Counted from the first letter of the stretch, positions 1-8,947 are shown. The stretch is 64,000 nt of DNA from Candidatus Thorarchaeota archaeon (GCA_048882965.1 JBHLRC010000001.1:18716-82715); one strand, 5' to 3'. Made by a program: numbers and translations. Notes: generated by a model from the letters alone, not told the origin.

Positions 1-771
1 CACGTGATACCGGAAGCTCGTCTCCATTATGTGATTGAGGAGGGAGGAATGCAACCTAATGTTGTACCAGACTATGCTCGGTCTTGGTACTATATCAGAG
101 CTCCTGAGCGAGAGCAGGTTGACCACATATACGATTGGGTACTAAAGATAGCTGAAGGTGCGGCGCTCATGACACAAACCAAGTTGAAAGTTGAATTCAT
201 TGAAGGCCTCTCAAATGATTTACCTAGTAAGGGCCTCAGTGAGCTTGTAACAAACAACATGCGCGAGATTGGAGCACCAGATTATACAGATGATGAGATG
301 AAGTTTGCAGAAGAGATGGCAAAGACTGTTACAAGAGAGGCAAAAAGTGAACAACTCAGAGCCTCAAAACGACCCGGGTGGGAACAATTGGTAGAGAATG
401 ATGTCCATATCGATAGAGAGATTCATGATCCCTGGGATGATGGAATAGTATGGCCAGGATCAACAGACACAGGAGATGTAAGTTGGATAGCACCAACTAT
501 GGAATTCTCAACAGCTACAGCAACTCTTGAGGCTGCAGGACATGATTGGCAGTGGACAGCTTGTATGGGAATGAGTATAGGACATAAGTCACTGATATTC
601 GCAACAAAGGTAATGGCCGGGTCATCTGTTGAACTCATTACAAAGCCGGATATTCTAGAGAAGATTAAAGCGGAGCATGCAGAAAAAATGACTGGACGGA
701 AATACATCTGTCCTATTCCAAAGGATATCAAACCTCCGTTAGAGATTGCAAGAGAGCAAGCCTCAAGGTAA
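1..771 (+). CDS. M20-family amidohydrolase/peptidase (AbgB-like), C-terminal fragment; the 5' end lies outside the window
   Basis: Frame 1 is open from base 1 to the stop at 769-771. Segments NVVPDYARSWYYIRAP and AAGHDWQWT resemble the dimerisation and C-terminal lobe of M20 amidohydrolases. This is recalled family similarity, not a search result. Confidence 0.55.
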   Translation, partial: HVIPEARLHYVIEEGGMQPNVVPDYARSWYYIRAPEREQVDHIYDWVLKIAEGAALMTQTKLKVEFIEGLSNDLPSKGLSELVTNNMREIGAPDYTDDEMKFAEEMAKTVTREAKSEQLRASKRPGWEQLVENDVHIDREIHDPWDDGIVWPGSTDTGDVSWIAPTMEFSTATATLEAAGHDWQWTACMGMSIGHKSLIFATKVMAGSSVELITKPDILEKIKAEHAEKMTGRKYICPIPKDIKPPLEIAREQASR

Positions 772-819
772 ACCTTGCTACTAAAAACCACCTACAAAGT
801 CAATAGTCAACTCATCTGA

Positions 820-1335
820 TTAGTGGAAGGAAGAAATAATACTCCTGGCAATCATCTCAAAGGCTGTATTAACATTCATGTCAAGGCGAACTGATGTTTC
901 GATATAATCAACCCCCATCTCTGAGGCAATCTTCTTACCTTCCTCAGTAGAAACGACTCGCTCCATAGCTAGATCTGTTTTATTCCCAACCAGAATTGCC
1001 TTATAATCATCGAGATTTCGATCAACCTCGTTCTTCCATTCAATGACTTCATTGAGTGACTCCCAGGAGGTCACATCAAACATGAAGACGACACCCTGAG
1101 CTCCCAAGTAATAATTTGCGCGGGTCCGTTCTAAAAAGTCCTGAGAGCCCAAGTCCCAAATCTGGAGGTTGACAGAGTCGTCATCAACATCCATCTTCTT
1201 GTAAGCAAAACCTACACCAAGCGTGGGTGAGTAGTGTTCCCTAAAAGATCCAGTAGAATATCTAATGATTATGCTGGTCTTTCCGACCGACGCTGCTCCA
1301 ACCGTGACAATTTTCAATAGATAGGATGGACTCAT
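820..1335 (-). CDS. Rab/Ras-like small GTPase (Asgard-type eukaryotic signature protein)
   Basis: G1 is GAASVGKT, G2 is the T in YSPTLGV, G4 is GNKTD, G5 is ETSV. G3 is the non-canonical WDLGSQD. The ORF track extends to a TTG at 1407. ATG at 1335 (MSPSYLLKIVTVG) gives a typical Rab N-terminus; ATG at 1359 is an alternative. Confidence 0.85.
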   Translation of the reverse strand: MSPSYLLKIVTVGAASVGKTSIIIRYSTGSFREHYSPTLGVGFAYKKMDVDDDSVNLQIWDLGSQDFLERTRANYYLGAQGVVFMFDVTSWESLNEVIEWKNEVDRNLDDYKAILVGNKTDLAMERVVSTEEGKKIASEMGVDYIETSVRLDMNVNTAFEMIARSIISSFH

Positions 1336-1408
1336 GAACTGACACCATATAGGTTTCATCAATTTTCTTAGATAACAGTTCTTCAGATGGAAGATAACAC
1401 TGTTCAAG

Positions 1409-2995
1409 CTAGATAATAATCTCTTTGGGAATCAATATCCCACGTTGAGTAGCAAGGACAAGAAGTGTAAGCTTCGCAGCTGGTCCGAGATTTGCATATT
1501 CCACCATAATTCGTTCGAAGGTTTCTACTTTGTCCCTACCCACCCACTCAGTAGGTAGAAGATCAATTAATGGAGTTCCAGAAGCAGATTTAATCTGCGT
1601 GATGCTCTCTGACTTGTATATAATATGTCCACGTGTTACTAGAATATAGGCTAACTCCTCTAGAGCACTGTTCCAAGTAATCTGGAGGTTACTAGTTTCG
1701 ATTGGTCCCACATGTGGTTTAGTGGGGGTACTCAATATCTCAAGCCAGTATGCAAACTCCTCAAATCCCCTTAGGTCAAAAGCGGAATATCGATTGATGA
1801 TTCTCTGTGAGATCACTGTTGTGAGGTTACCAATATAGAGATTCAATTTGGCAGGATTTAATGAATTAACAAACTGTGCGAGAAGCTTCATCCACTCCCC
1901 GAACAGCATCATGAGCCGTTTCTGGTTCAGTCCTTCAAGAACCTTGAAATCAAAGTCGACCATCCATTTACCATCCTTGAGTTGTAACTGACTCAGAGCT
2001 TCAGGTGTCCTGCTGTTCTTCATCACAAACTGTAATGCATTCGTTGTTTCATTGATGCTGTAAGTCCCCTCTGCAACACGGATTGCTAACTCCAAAGCCT
2101 CTTTCGCAAGGAGGATTCTCCTCTTCTCAGGAGTTAACGCTTCGATGACACCAACTTCGATAAGATAGTCCAAGGCTCGTAGAAGTTCACTTTCGTCATA
2201 TCGGGTACCAAGTACAGCTAGAATTTCGCGAACAGTCCTACGACCATCTATCATTCCAGCTAGATGTGGAATAACACCAGCCATATCGGGATGCAGTGTC
2301 TTCAGGTCTTTTGTTTCATTGGATGTGGCCTGCGCATATCTTACAAACTGAGTTCCTGTGGTCATGAAGTCGTTGAAATTGAACATGTTTCGAAAGCGGA
2401 TTACTCGATGTGCCCACAATTTAGACAAATCAAGTACGACCTCTCTACGTGAGAGACCACTAATTTCAATTATCTCTTTAACATTTCTTGACCCGTTGAT
2501 GTGGCCCATAAGATTACTGTGTACAGATTCAAGTGAATCTGGTGTAGTTGTGAAATAAGGCACCCACGTTTCACCAAGAAGTCTGAGTGAGAGCTTCTCC
2601 ATCACTCGTTCCCCAAATGCTTCAAGGTATACATCGACAAAAGACGTTTCAAAACTGAATTCAAAGGGATCAACAACTTCAAGCCAATCAAGTTCAAACT
2701 CAGCCAAGAGGGAGTCCAGTATGTTGACTGAATCTTGTGTAAGCCGTTGAACACTTACAGCGATCATATTGGTTTTGACACCATTGATTAGAGTAAATAA
2801 TCGAGCACCATAATCAACTTGGACCACCGGTGCTTTTTCATCGAAGACCTCTTTTGAGAACATGTCAATAGCTGCAAAGAAACTGGAAGCCATTACAGGG
2901 TCCATATTGAGTGCTTTAGGGTCTAGCTGCATGTAGAACCTCGGACTTCCACCCTTGTCAGTTATCAGAAGCGCTTCGATTGCATGACTAATCAA
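1409..2995 (-). CDS. Multidomain protein with an N-terminal Roadblock/LC7 (MglB-like) domain and two internal winged-helix-like repeats
   Basis: The N-terminus (AIEALLITDKGGSPRF...ASSFFAAIDMFSKEV...GARLFTLINGVKTNMIAVSV) fits the Roadblock/LC7 pattern. Two similar internal repeats are HINGSRNVKEIIEISGLSRREVVLDLSKLWAHRVI and MIDGRRTVREILAVLGTRYDESELLRALDYLIEVGVI. The start is TTG (no in-frame ATG before the conserved core). The gene ends directly upstream of the GTPase gene. Confidence 0.6.
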   Translation of the reverse strand: MISHAIEALLITDKGGSPRFYMQLDPKALNMDPVMASSFFAAIDMFSKEVFDEKAPVVQVDYGARLFTLINGVKTNMIAVSVQRLTQDSVNILDSLLAEFELDWLEVVDPFEFSFETSFVDVYLEAFGERVMEKLSLRLLGETWVPYFTTTPDSLESVHSNLMGHINGSRNVKEIIEISGLSRREVVLDLSKLWAHRVIRFRNMFNFNDFMTTGTQFVRYAQATSNETKDLKTLHPDMAGVIPHLAGMIDGRRTVREILAVLGTRYDESELLRALDYLIEVGVIEALTPEKRRILLAKEALELAIRVAEGTYSINETTNALQFVMKNSRTPEALSQLQLKDGKWMVDFDFKVLEGLNQKRLMMLFGEWMKLLAQFVNSLNPAKLNLYIGNLTTVISQRIINRYSAFDLRGFEEFAYWLEILSTPTKPHVGPIETSNLQITWNSALEELAYILVTRGHIIYKSESITQIKSASGTPLIDLLPTEWVGRDKVETFERIMVEYANLGPAAKLTLLVLATQRGILIPKEIII

Positions 2996-3140
2996 GTCAT
3001 ATCACCGGCGAATTATCAAGCTGTATAGTGAATATTAGCTTACCTTGGTTATAGAGTTACAATGATTTTTCATCTCAGAAAACCTTTACAGTAAAGTTGC
3101 GAATAATTCTAGATGGTTCGATTGATGGAGATTGTATAAA

Positions 3141-4253
3141 ATGAGAACCTGCCCTAAGTGTGGTAGAGCAAATCAACCTACTCGTAAGTATTGTATTCGG
3201 TGTGGAGGAAGTCTGTTATCAGTAGAAAAGAAACCTCAGGCAATTTCAGAGCCTGACGTAAAAGTAGAACCTCAGGCTTCAGAAACTCCTGCGCCGCCTC
3301 CTTCGACAAGTGAAGCAAGAGTCACTACAGATGATGAGTGGGTAAAGCCAAGTCAGGTTTCTAGAGACAGGGTTCGAAGCGCCGCAGGTACATTAAAACC
3401 AAAATCTGAAATGGAGAAAGCGATGGAAGCCTTTGCCAAAGCTGATGAAGTGGGTATCGAGGAGGAAGGTGAAGGTATTATAGAAACAAGAATGCTCAGA
3501 GCTAGTGAGGTTCAAGAGCTCATGGGTGAAGTTGAGTCCCAACCTCAGATGAATGCTGCACCAACTAGTACACCTACTCCTGCGGCACCACCACCTGCAA
3601 CCTCAACACCACCTCCCTCGGGACCACCTGGTGCTGCACCTACAAAACCAGTGGCACCGCCTGGCGCAACGCCTACCGCTCCTGCAACTCCTGCGACACC
3701 GCCATCTGGTCCCGTACAGGAAAAAGTGACCACACCAAAACCCAAACCTGTAGCACCCCCTCCAATGCCAGAAGCAAAGGCGGTGATGCCAAGACCAACA
3801 CCACCTCCCTCAAAACCAGCAGTCAAACAGTCCCCAGCGTCTATTCCCCAGATTGAATCAATCATATCATCTCTACCGGACCCAGCATACCGGCAGGACC
3901 CACAAATTATTGGAATTGTTAATGACCTAAAGAATCTGTATACCGAGCTGGCACAGTTCAACTCTGACTTAGATACAGTACGTACACGGCTTGAGTCTGA
4001 GGTGCAAGACTACTGGAATATTGCAGAAGTAAAGAGGATTCAATTTGAGAGCCTTGAGGAGCAACTGCGACTAGCCAAACACGAATGGAATGATGTAACA
4101 AAGGTCTATCAACAAGCCGAGAAAAGAAAGAAGAATGAGATATCATCTCGAGAGAAACGAATAAAGGATATTGAGAAACGAATCGAGAAGACAGAGAGTC
4201 AGATTGAGAAACGTGTGAAGGACTTGGATAAAGAGAAAGAAAAACAAGGTTAG
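3141..4253 (+). CDS. Zinc-ribbon protein with a long Pro/Thr/Ala-rich linker and a C-terminal coiled coil
   Basis: ATG at 3141 gives MRTCPKCGRANQPTRKYCIRCG (CxxC...CxxC zinc ribbon). About 150 aa follow of P/T/A-rich low complexity. The C-terminus is heptad-like and K/E-rich (EKRKKNEISSREKRIKDIEKRIEKTESQIEKRVKDLDKEKEK). Confidence 0.7.
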   Translation: MRTCPKCGRANQPTRKYCIRCGGSLLSVEKKPQAISEPDVKVEPQASETPAPPPSTSEARVTTDDEWVKPSQVSRDRVRSAAGTLKPKSEMEKAMEAFAKADEVGIEEEGEGIIETRMLRASEVQELMGEVESQPQMNAAPTSTPTPAAPPPATSTPPPSGPPGAAPTKPVAPPGATPTAPATPATPPSGPVQEKVTTPKPKPVAPPPMPEAKAVMPRPTPPPSKPAVKQSPASIPQIESIISSLPDPAYRQDPQIIGIVNDLKNLYTELAQFNSDLDTVRTRLESEVQDYWNIAEVKRIQFESLEEQLRLAKHEWNDVTKVYQQAEKRKKNEISSREKRIKDIEKRIEKTESQIEKRVKDLDKEKEKQG

Positions 4254-4306
4254 AAACAAGAAGCCATTGAACACGCAAAATATCTGAAGAAGATTCTCAA
4301 GGATTT

Positions 4307-5269
4307 GTGATAGCAGTGGTCCAGATTAGATTTGGCGGTCTCAGTGGGGAGGACTGCAAGAAACTCGCCCGTCTTACCATAACTTCTAGAAAAAACACTC
4401 CTCTGGGGTCTGATAAGAGTGTGGACGAGCTTGCTAAGAGTATTGAGAATATAGTAAGTGATGATGCCTATCAGATACTAACGGCACATGATGATAGTAA
4501 TTTAGTAGGTTGGATGTATTATTATGTTGGATTCCCACTTATGGCCTTCATAAACGGCTATTACCCTGTCGTTGCAGAAAAGCCAAATTCCGAAGAGATT
4601 GCACTTGCGTTGATTGAAGCTTCAAAGAGGGATTTCGTGAAGAATGGTCACACTCGTTTGGAGATAGAAATAGTATTTCCAACTGAAGCACATCGATCAT
4701 ACTCAAGTAAGTTGGTCGGGTGGTACAAGAAATGTGATTTCCAGTTTGCTGCTGAAGAGATTCACATGAAGTCTGATCTCAATTCAATTGAATTACCGAA
4801 ACTTGATTTGCCCAAAGGATACACGCTGAGGAGATTCTCAGAAGTGTCTTTCGAGATGATAGAGGCTCCAGCCTTTCGTACTTTGAGGGAGAGCAAGGAA
4901 GGGCTGTTCCTCTCGTTGAGTAAACCAGAGCAGGATGTGACCATTCACTATTTCTTTGACAAATCTAAGCCCTATATTGAAGATGCATCATTGCTTCTTG
5001 AAAAAGAGGGAGAAATTATTGGATTTGTGATCACACGGGAGGGAGATGATGGCGAGCCAGACATAGGACCAGTTGGACTTGTACCTGATGCGAGAGGGAA
5101 GAGACTTGCTAGCTTCTTGCTTGTTGAAGTACTGAAGAGCCTGAAATCTAGTGGCTCAAACGGCGTATATCTTGATACAACACTGACTAATTATCCAGCT
5201 CAGAAACTCTACAGAAGATATGGTTTCAAGGATGTATACCACAAGCAGTTCTACTATTGGTCTCCTTGA
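4307..5269 (+). CDS. Tandem GNAT-family N-acetyltransferase
   Basis: GTG start. The C-terminal half has GNAT motif A context (VPDARGKRLASFLLVEVLK...AQKLYRRYGFK). The N-terminal half has a second GNAT-like fold (LVGWMYYY...WYKKCDFQF). Confidence 0.7.
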   Translation: MIAVVQIRFGGLSGEDCKKLARLTITSRKNTPLGSDKSVDELAKSIENIVSDDAYQILTAHDDSNLVGWMYYYVGFPLMAFINGYYPVVAEKPNSEEIALALIEASKRDFVKNGHTRLEIEIVFPTEAHRSYSSKLVGWYKKCDFQFAAEEIHMKSDLNSIELPKLDLPKGYTLRRFSEVSFEMIEAPAFRTLRESKEGLFLSLSKPEQDVTIHYFFDKSKPYIEDASLLLEKEGEIIGFVITREGDDGEPDIGPVGLVPDARGKRLASFLLVEVLKSLKSSGSNGVYLDTTLTNYPAQKLYRRYGFKDVYHKQFYYWSP

Positions 5270-5312
5270 TATCTAGCAATCTTGAGTTATTCCATTCAGA
5301 AGATTAAGAGTA

Positions 5313-6932
5313 ATGAAACAATACTATCTCATAAATTCCAAGTTCTTAATAGTCACGAAACCCTTTGGTAGTAGGGTGCTCATCTTGAATAGAAAGCTGA
5401 CAATATGTCTAATCTTAGCATTGTTTGCTAGTCCGATACTCGCGGTCTTTGTAAACGATGCAGGAACCATAACATATTCTCTAGTGGATAGAAACATCAC
5501 TTCTAATGCTGTGAGTCCTTTTCCTAGAGGACCTACTGTCAACATGGTGACTGAGAATTCCGCAGTAATCTTCTGGCGAACCGAAGGTCTGACAAACGCC
5601 ACAGTGAGATATGGACTCAATACATCGATTACTGAAATTGAAACGAACACTACGCTTGATACAGACCATTATGTTGCCTTATCAGGACTGGATATTGATT
5701 CAAAGTACTATTACAGTGTTATCTCAAATGGCATACAGAGTCCAATCTACAGTTTCCTCACAGCCCCTGCACCTGGTGACCCCTTCAAGATGATCATCGT
5801 TGGAGACAATCGACCTGGGACTACTATGGAACAACCTCCGGAGTGGGCTCAACTTGCAGAAATGATTGCAGCTGAGCAGCCCCATATTGTCATACATACA
5901 GGTGACTTTGTTAGGGAAGTAACAGAGAACGACGCAGACAATCTTTTGGCTTGGGATTATTTCACAAACATCAGTGACCGTATTGGGCACTATGCTCCGA
6001 TCTATGCAGTACTTGGTAATCACGACACTGGAGCTAGGACTGGAGAACTCAGACTAGAGTACTTTTTCGATGCGTTTGTTCAATACGATGAACCATCACC
6101 CTACTTCTCATTTGACTATGCAGGAGTTCATTTCACAATGTTGACATCAGAGGAGTACGGTAATGAAGGACGGATAATTGGTGATCAACTCACTTGGCTG
6201 GAGAATGACCTAGCAACCACAAGTAGTGAGATGAAGTTCGTTGTCATCCATCGTCCAATGTATCCAGTAGTACACGTTGACGACGCATATCTTGACATTC
6301 CTGCTGAGGAGAGGGAAGCATTGCAAACCCTCTATGAACAACAAAATGTTTCGCTCCTAATCACAGGACATGACCACTGTTTTAATAGACTGACTGTTAA
6401 TGGAGTTACCCAAATCATAGCTGGTGGCGGGGGAGCCCCACTATACGACCATCCAGTATGGGGAGGGGGGTACTATCACTATGTCAGAACAGAAGTGAGT
6501 CGTAATTTCGTAAATATAACAGCAATAAAATTGGATGGCAAAGGCACTCATAATTACCAGCTGCCTTACTCAGGGCCTATTGAGATTGAACATAGAATCA
6601 TACCGAGCGGATCTACAAAACCAGTAGGGACTATGCCGGTTATCTTCTTCAGCCAGGTGCCAGAAGAGAAGTTCTTCTCTTGGGACTCGGGTGAGAACCA
6701 AACTGAGTTGACTGGACTCCCGAATTCCAATGGTGAGCACACTCTCGATGTTTATGCAAAGAATACTGACGATGTCTGGAGTCATGCACAATATATCTTC
6801 ATAGCGACTGGAGCTACTGCAACTACACCATCTGGAGGTGGACCCATTGATCCATTACTACTCTTTGGTGGAATCGCTGTTGCAGGAGTGGTTGTTGTGG
6901 TTGCAATCATTATTTGGCTCAAACGTAAATGA
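5313..6932 (+). CDS. Membrane-anchored purple-acid-phosphatase-like metallophosphoesterase
   Basis: An N-terminal signal/anchor helix is followed by an FN3-like PAP N-domain (AVIFWRTEG...TVRYG...SKYYYSV). Calcineurin-like motifs are present: GDNRPG, HTGDFV, GNHD, VIHRP, GHDHCFNR. A C-terminal hydrophobic anchor is followed by KRK. Confidence 0.8.
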   Translation: MKQYYLINSKFLIVTKPFGSRVLILNRKLTICLILALFASPILAVFVNDAGTITYSLVDRNITSNAVSPFPRGPTVNMVTENSAVIFWRTEGLTNATVRYGLNTSITEIETNTTLDTDHYVALSGLDIDSKYYYSVISNGIQSPIYSFLTAPAPGDPFKMIIVGDNRPGTTMEQPPEWAQLAEMIAAEQPHIVIHTGDFVREVTENDADNLLAWDYFTNISDRIGHYAPIYAVLGNHDTGARTGELRLEYFFDAFVQYDEPSPYFSFDYAGVHFTMLTSEEYGNEGRIIGDQLTWLENDLATTSSEMKFVVIHRPMYPVVHVDDAYLDIPAEEREALQTLYEQQNVSLLITGHDHCFNRLTVNGVTQIIAGGGGAPLYDHPVWGGGYYHYVRTEVSRNFVNITAIKLDGKGTHNYQLPYSGPIEIEHRIIPSGSTKPVGTMPVIFFSQVPEEKFFSWDSGENQTELTGLPNSNGEHTLDVYAKNTDDVWSHAQYIFIATGATATTPSGGGPIDPLLLFGGIAVAGVVVVVAIIIWLKRK

Positions 6933-7110
6933 TAGGATATGATCCCAGAGAGAGTCTTTTGACCCTCCTCCATGGAACACGAAAGAATGAAAGGATGAAT
7001 ATAACTCAGTCCTTTCAGCATTGGAAAATTTCCTTGAAATTTCGTAATAATAGAAATTTCTAGTGAGACTTTGAAAAGCGAATCAAAATCGAGATGAGGC
7101 ATGAAAACCA

Positions 7111-7196
7111 GTTTGTCGCGCAGACCACAATGTAACTCAAAGTTTGTTCACACCTTATATTCAGACAATCCATGTACATAATCGTGATTTAAAATG
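7111..7196 (+). promoter_or_regulatory. Conserved 86-nt upstream block (copy A): distal ATGTA site, TATA box TTATATT (7155-7161), palindrome ATGTACAT (7172-7179), GTGAT Shine-Dalgarno, ATG
   Basis: Aligns without indels to 52339..52424, 70 of 86 positions identical by hand count. The TATA-to-ATG spacing (39 nt) and palindrome-to-ATG spacing (22 nt) are the same in both copies. The downstream coding sequences are unrelated. Confidence 0.7.
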
Positions 7197-7814
7197 AAAA
7201 AATCTGTAACTTCAATCACAACACGATTCAATCTGCTAACAGTAAGTGGAAGTTTATTCCTTGTTGGTGGAGTTCAATGGTTTCTTGGAATCCTTGCTGC
7301 AGAGTCATGGTATGATGGCTATAGCAGCCGCATTGACTATGTGAGTGAACTTGGAATAGGTCCAACTGCACTCATCTACAATCTTTCTGTCTTCCTGCTC
7401 GGTGCGTTCATGGTAGTTGGTGCGTTTTTCTTGTACAAATCTTCAGAGAAAAAACTCCTTCCAAGCCTTCTGACAATCTCAGGTATAGGTGCTATGGGCG
7501 TGGGTGTCTTTCCGGGGTATATGCAACCCATGCATAGTATTGCCACCTTGTTGGCAATCATGTTTGGTGCATTCTCAGCTATGGCATCATTCACACATCA
7601 GACCAAACCAATGTCAATCATATCATTGGTTCTTGGCCTAATGTCGCTAGTCTTGTCAATAGTCTTCATCCCCTATCTTGGCCTTCCAACTGGCTCAACT
7701 GTGACCTTCATGGGAATGGCGAAAGGGTCGCTTGAGAGGTGGGCAATCAATCCAATTCTTGCTTGGATTATTGGTTTTGGCGGATATTTAATGGGAAAGG
7801 AAGTCAAGGGGTGA
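7194..7814 (+). CDS. DUF998-like polytopic membrane protein
   Basis: About six predicted TM helices. The segment YSSRIDYVSELGIGP...IYNLSVFLLGAFMVVGAFF resembles the DUF998 family signature as I recall it. Confidence 0.55.
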   Translation: MKKSVTSITTRFNLLTVSGSLFLVGGVQWFLGILAAESWYDGYSSRIDYVSELGIGPTALIYNLSVFLLGAFMVVGAFFLYKSSEKKLLPSLLTISGIGAMGVGVFPGYMQPMHSIATLLAIMFGAFSAMASFTHQTKPMSIISLVLGLMSLVLSIVFIPYLGLPTGSTVTFMGMAKGSLERWAINPILAWIIGFGGYLMGKEVKG

Positions 7815-7833
7815 ACTAGAAGAAGAAATAGAA

Positions 7834-7856
7834 CGAAGAGGGAAGCACCCTCTTCG
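7834..7856. repeat. GC-rich hairpin CGAAGAGGG-aagca-CCCTCTTCG (member of a hairpin family)
   Basis: Perfect 9-bp inverted repeat starting 20 nt after the stop of 7194..7814. The stem sequence is shared with the hairpins at 9499..9520 and 10174..10197. Confidence 0.6.
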
Positions 7857-7935
7857 ATATTTCCATATTAATAAGCTTTAGTTAAACCATACCATCAAGT
7901 AGATAGCAGTAGGACTAATGATTTGGGTGAGAGAT

Positions 7936-8475
7936 ATGTCCGAAGAAAACAAGCATGTCGTTGTTCTTGACAGGAAAAATGAACTTTCTCCTCGTGTGGC
8001 ACTATTCTTTTCAATGATGGAAAGAACTCGAAGGACTCTAATTAGGAGGATTGAAACTCTCTCAAAGGAAACGATTGATTTCAGTCCACAGAAACAGATT
8101 GTTGAAACCATCGGTACACTACTTCTCCATATTGCTGCTGTTGAATGGGGATGGATCTTTGGAGACATTGCTGGAAAAGAGATGGATTATGAGAAGTGGA
8201 AGCATGGATTCTCTCTTAGGGAAAATATAGATCAGATAGAAGGAAAAGATGTAGAGTTCTATCTTACTCAACTCAGTGAAGTTCGACAGGAAGTACTCGA
8301 TTATCTGAAGACATTTGATGATGATAGTCTTGATGTAGTCATTCAATCTGATGATGATAAGGTGAGTGTAGAATGGATTCTCTTTCATCTGATAGAGCAT
8401 GAAGCTATGCATATCGGACAGATTTCTATTCTACGTAGATTGTGGAAAACTCATCAAGCTCAAGACAAAGAATGA
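7936..8475 (+). CDS. DinB-family (DinB_2/DUF664-like) metal-dependent protein
   Basis: The C-terminal HLIEHEAMHIGQISILRR motif and a four-helix-bundle-like layout with HIAAVEW fit the family. ATG at 7936 is preceded by GGGTGAGAG; ATG at 7918 is also possible. Confidence 0.65.
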   Translation: MSEENKHVVVLDRKNELSPRVALFFSMMERTRRTLIRRIETLSKETIDFSPQKQIVETIGTLLLHIAAVEWGWIFGDIAGKEMDYEKWKHGFSLRENIDQIEGKDVEFYLTQLSEVRQEVLDYLKTFDDDSLDVVIQSDDDKVSVEWILFHLIEHEAMHIGQISILRRLWKTHQAQDKE

Positions 8476-8584
8476 GGTTTAAAAGAAAGGCGCGATTGTT
8501 TGTTGTCGGAGTATTTCCTGACCTTTATTTTGCTTCATGACAGATTCGATTAAGGAGCATGATCTGATATAGGAGTCGGAATAA

Positions 8585-8947
8585 ATGGACTATCGATATC
8601 CAGAAGACCGTGAGTATCCTAGACGAGGGAGATATGGAGACACCACTCAAAGATGTGCATGGTGCGGGAACCCCACTAATTATGGCGACAGGATCTGCGT
8701 AGGAGGTCTGTTTAGACGTAACTATTGCTCCTTTACATGTCGAGCTGCAGGGGACTATTATTGTTTCATAGCGATTGGGATCATCTATCCGTTATTTCTA
8801 GTCTATTCCATCTGGGTCTTTCAAGCATTTCCGGGAACTCAAATCTTTGAGAACTTGTCATTCATGCTTATAACCTTTGGAGCATTGCCTACAATCTGTT
8901 TGTGGTCCTGTGTTTTTTGTGGTAGAAGTGAAAGAAGAAGAGCCTAG
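8585..8947 (+). CDS. Small membrane protein with an N-terminal TRASH/FCS-like Cys motif
   Basis: CAWCG...x19...YCSFTC resembles the CxxC...FCSxxC metal-binding pattern. It is followed by 2-3 hydrophobic helices. AGGAG lies upstream of the ATG. Confidence 0.4.
   Translation: MDYRYPEDREYPRRGRYGDTTQRCAWCGNPTNYGDRICVGGLFRRNYCSFTCRAAGDYYCFIAIGIIYPLFLVYSIWVFQAFPGTQIFENLSFMLITFGALPTICLWSCVFCGRSERRRA

Noticed and set aside
3545-3961. 138-aa Gly-rich ORF on the minus strand
   Set aside because: It is the antisense reading of the Pro/Thr/Ala-rich low-complexity region of the zinc-ribbon gene (CCN codons read as GGN). It has no independent start context.
6782-7102. 106-aa minus-strand ORF in the 6933..7193 intergenic region
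   Set aside because: Half of it is antisense to the C-terminal anchor of the phosphatase gene. It has low-complexity TTTT/PPP content and no Shine-Dalgarno, so it is probably spurious.
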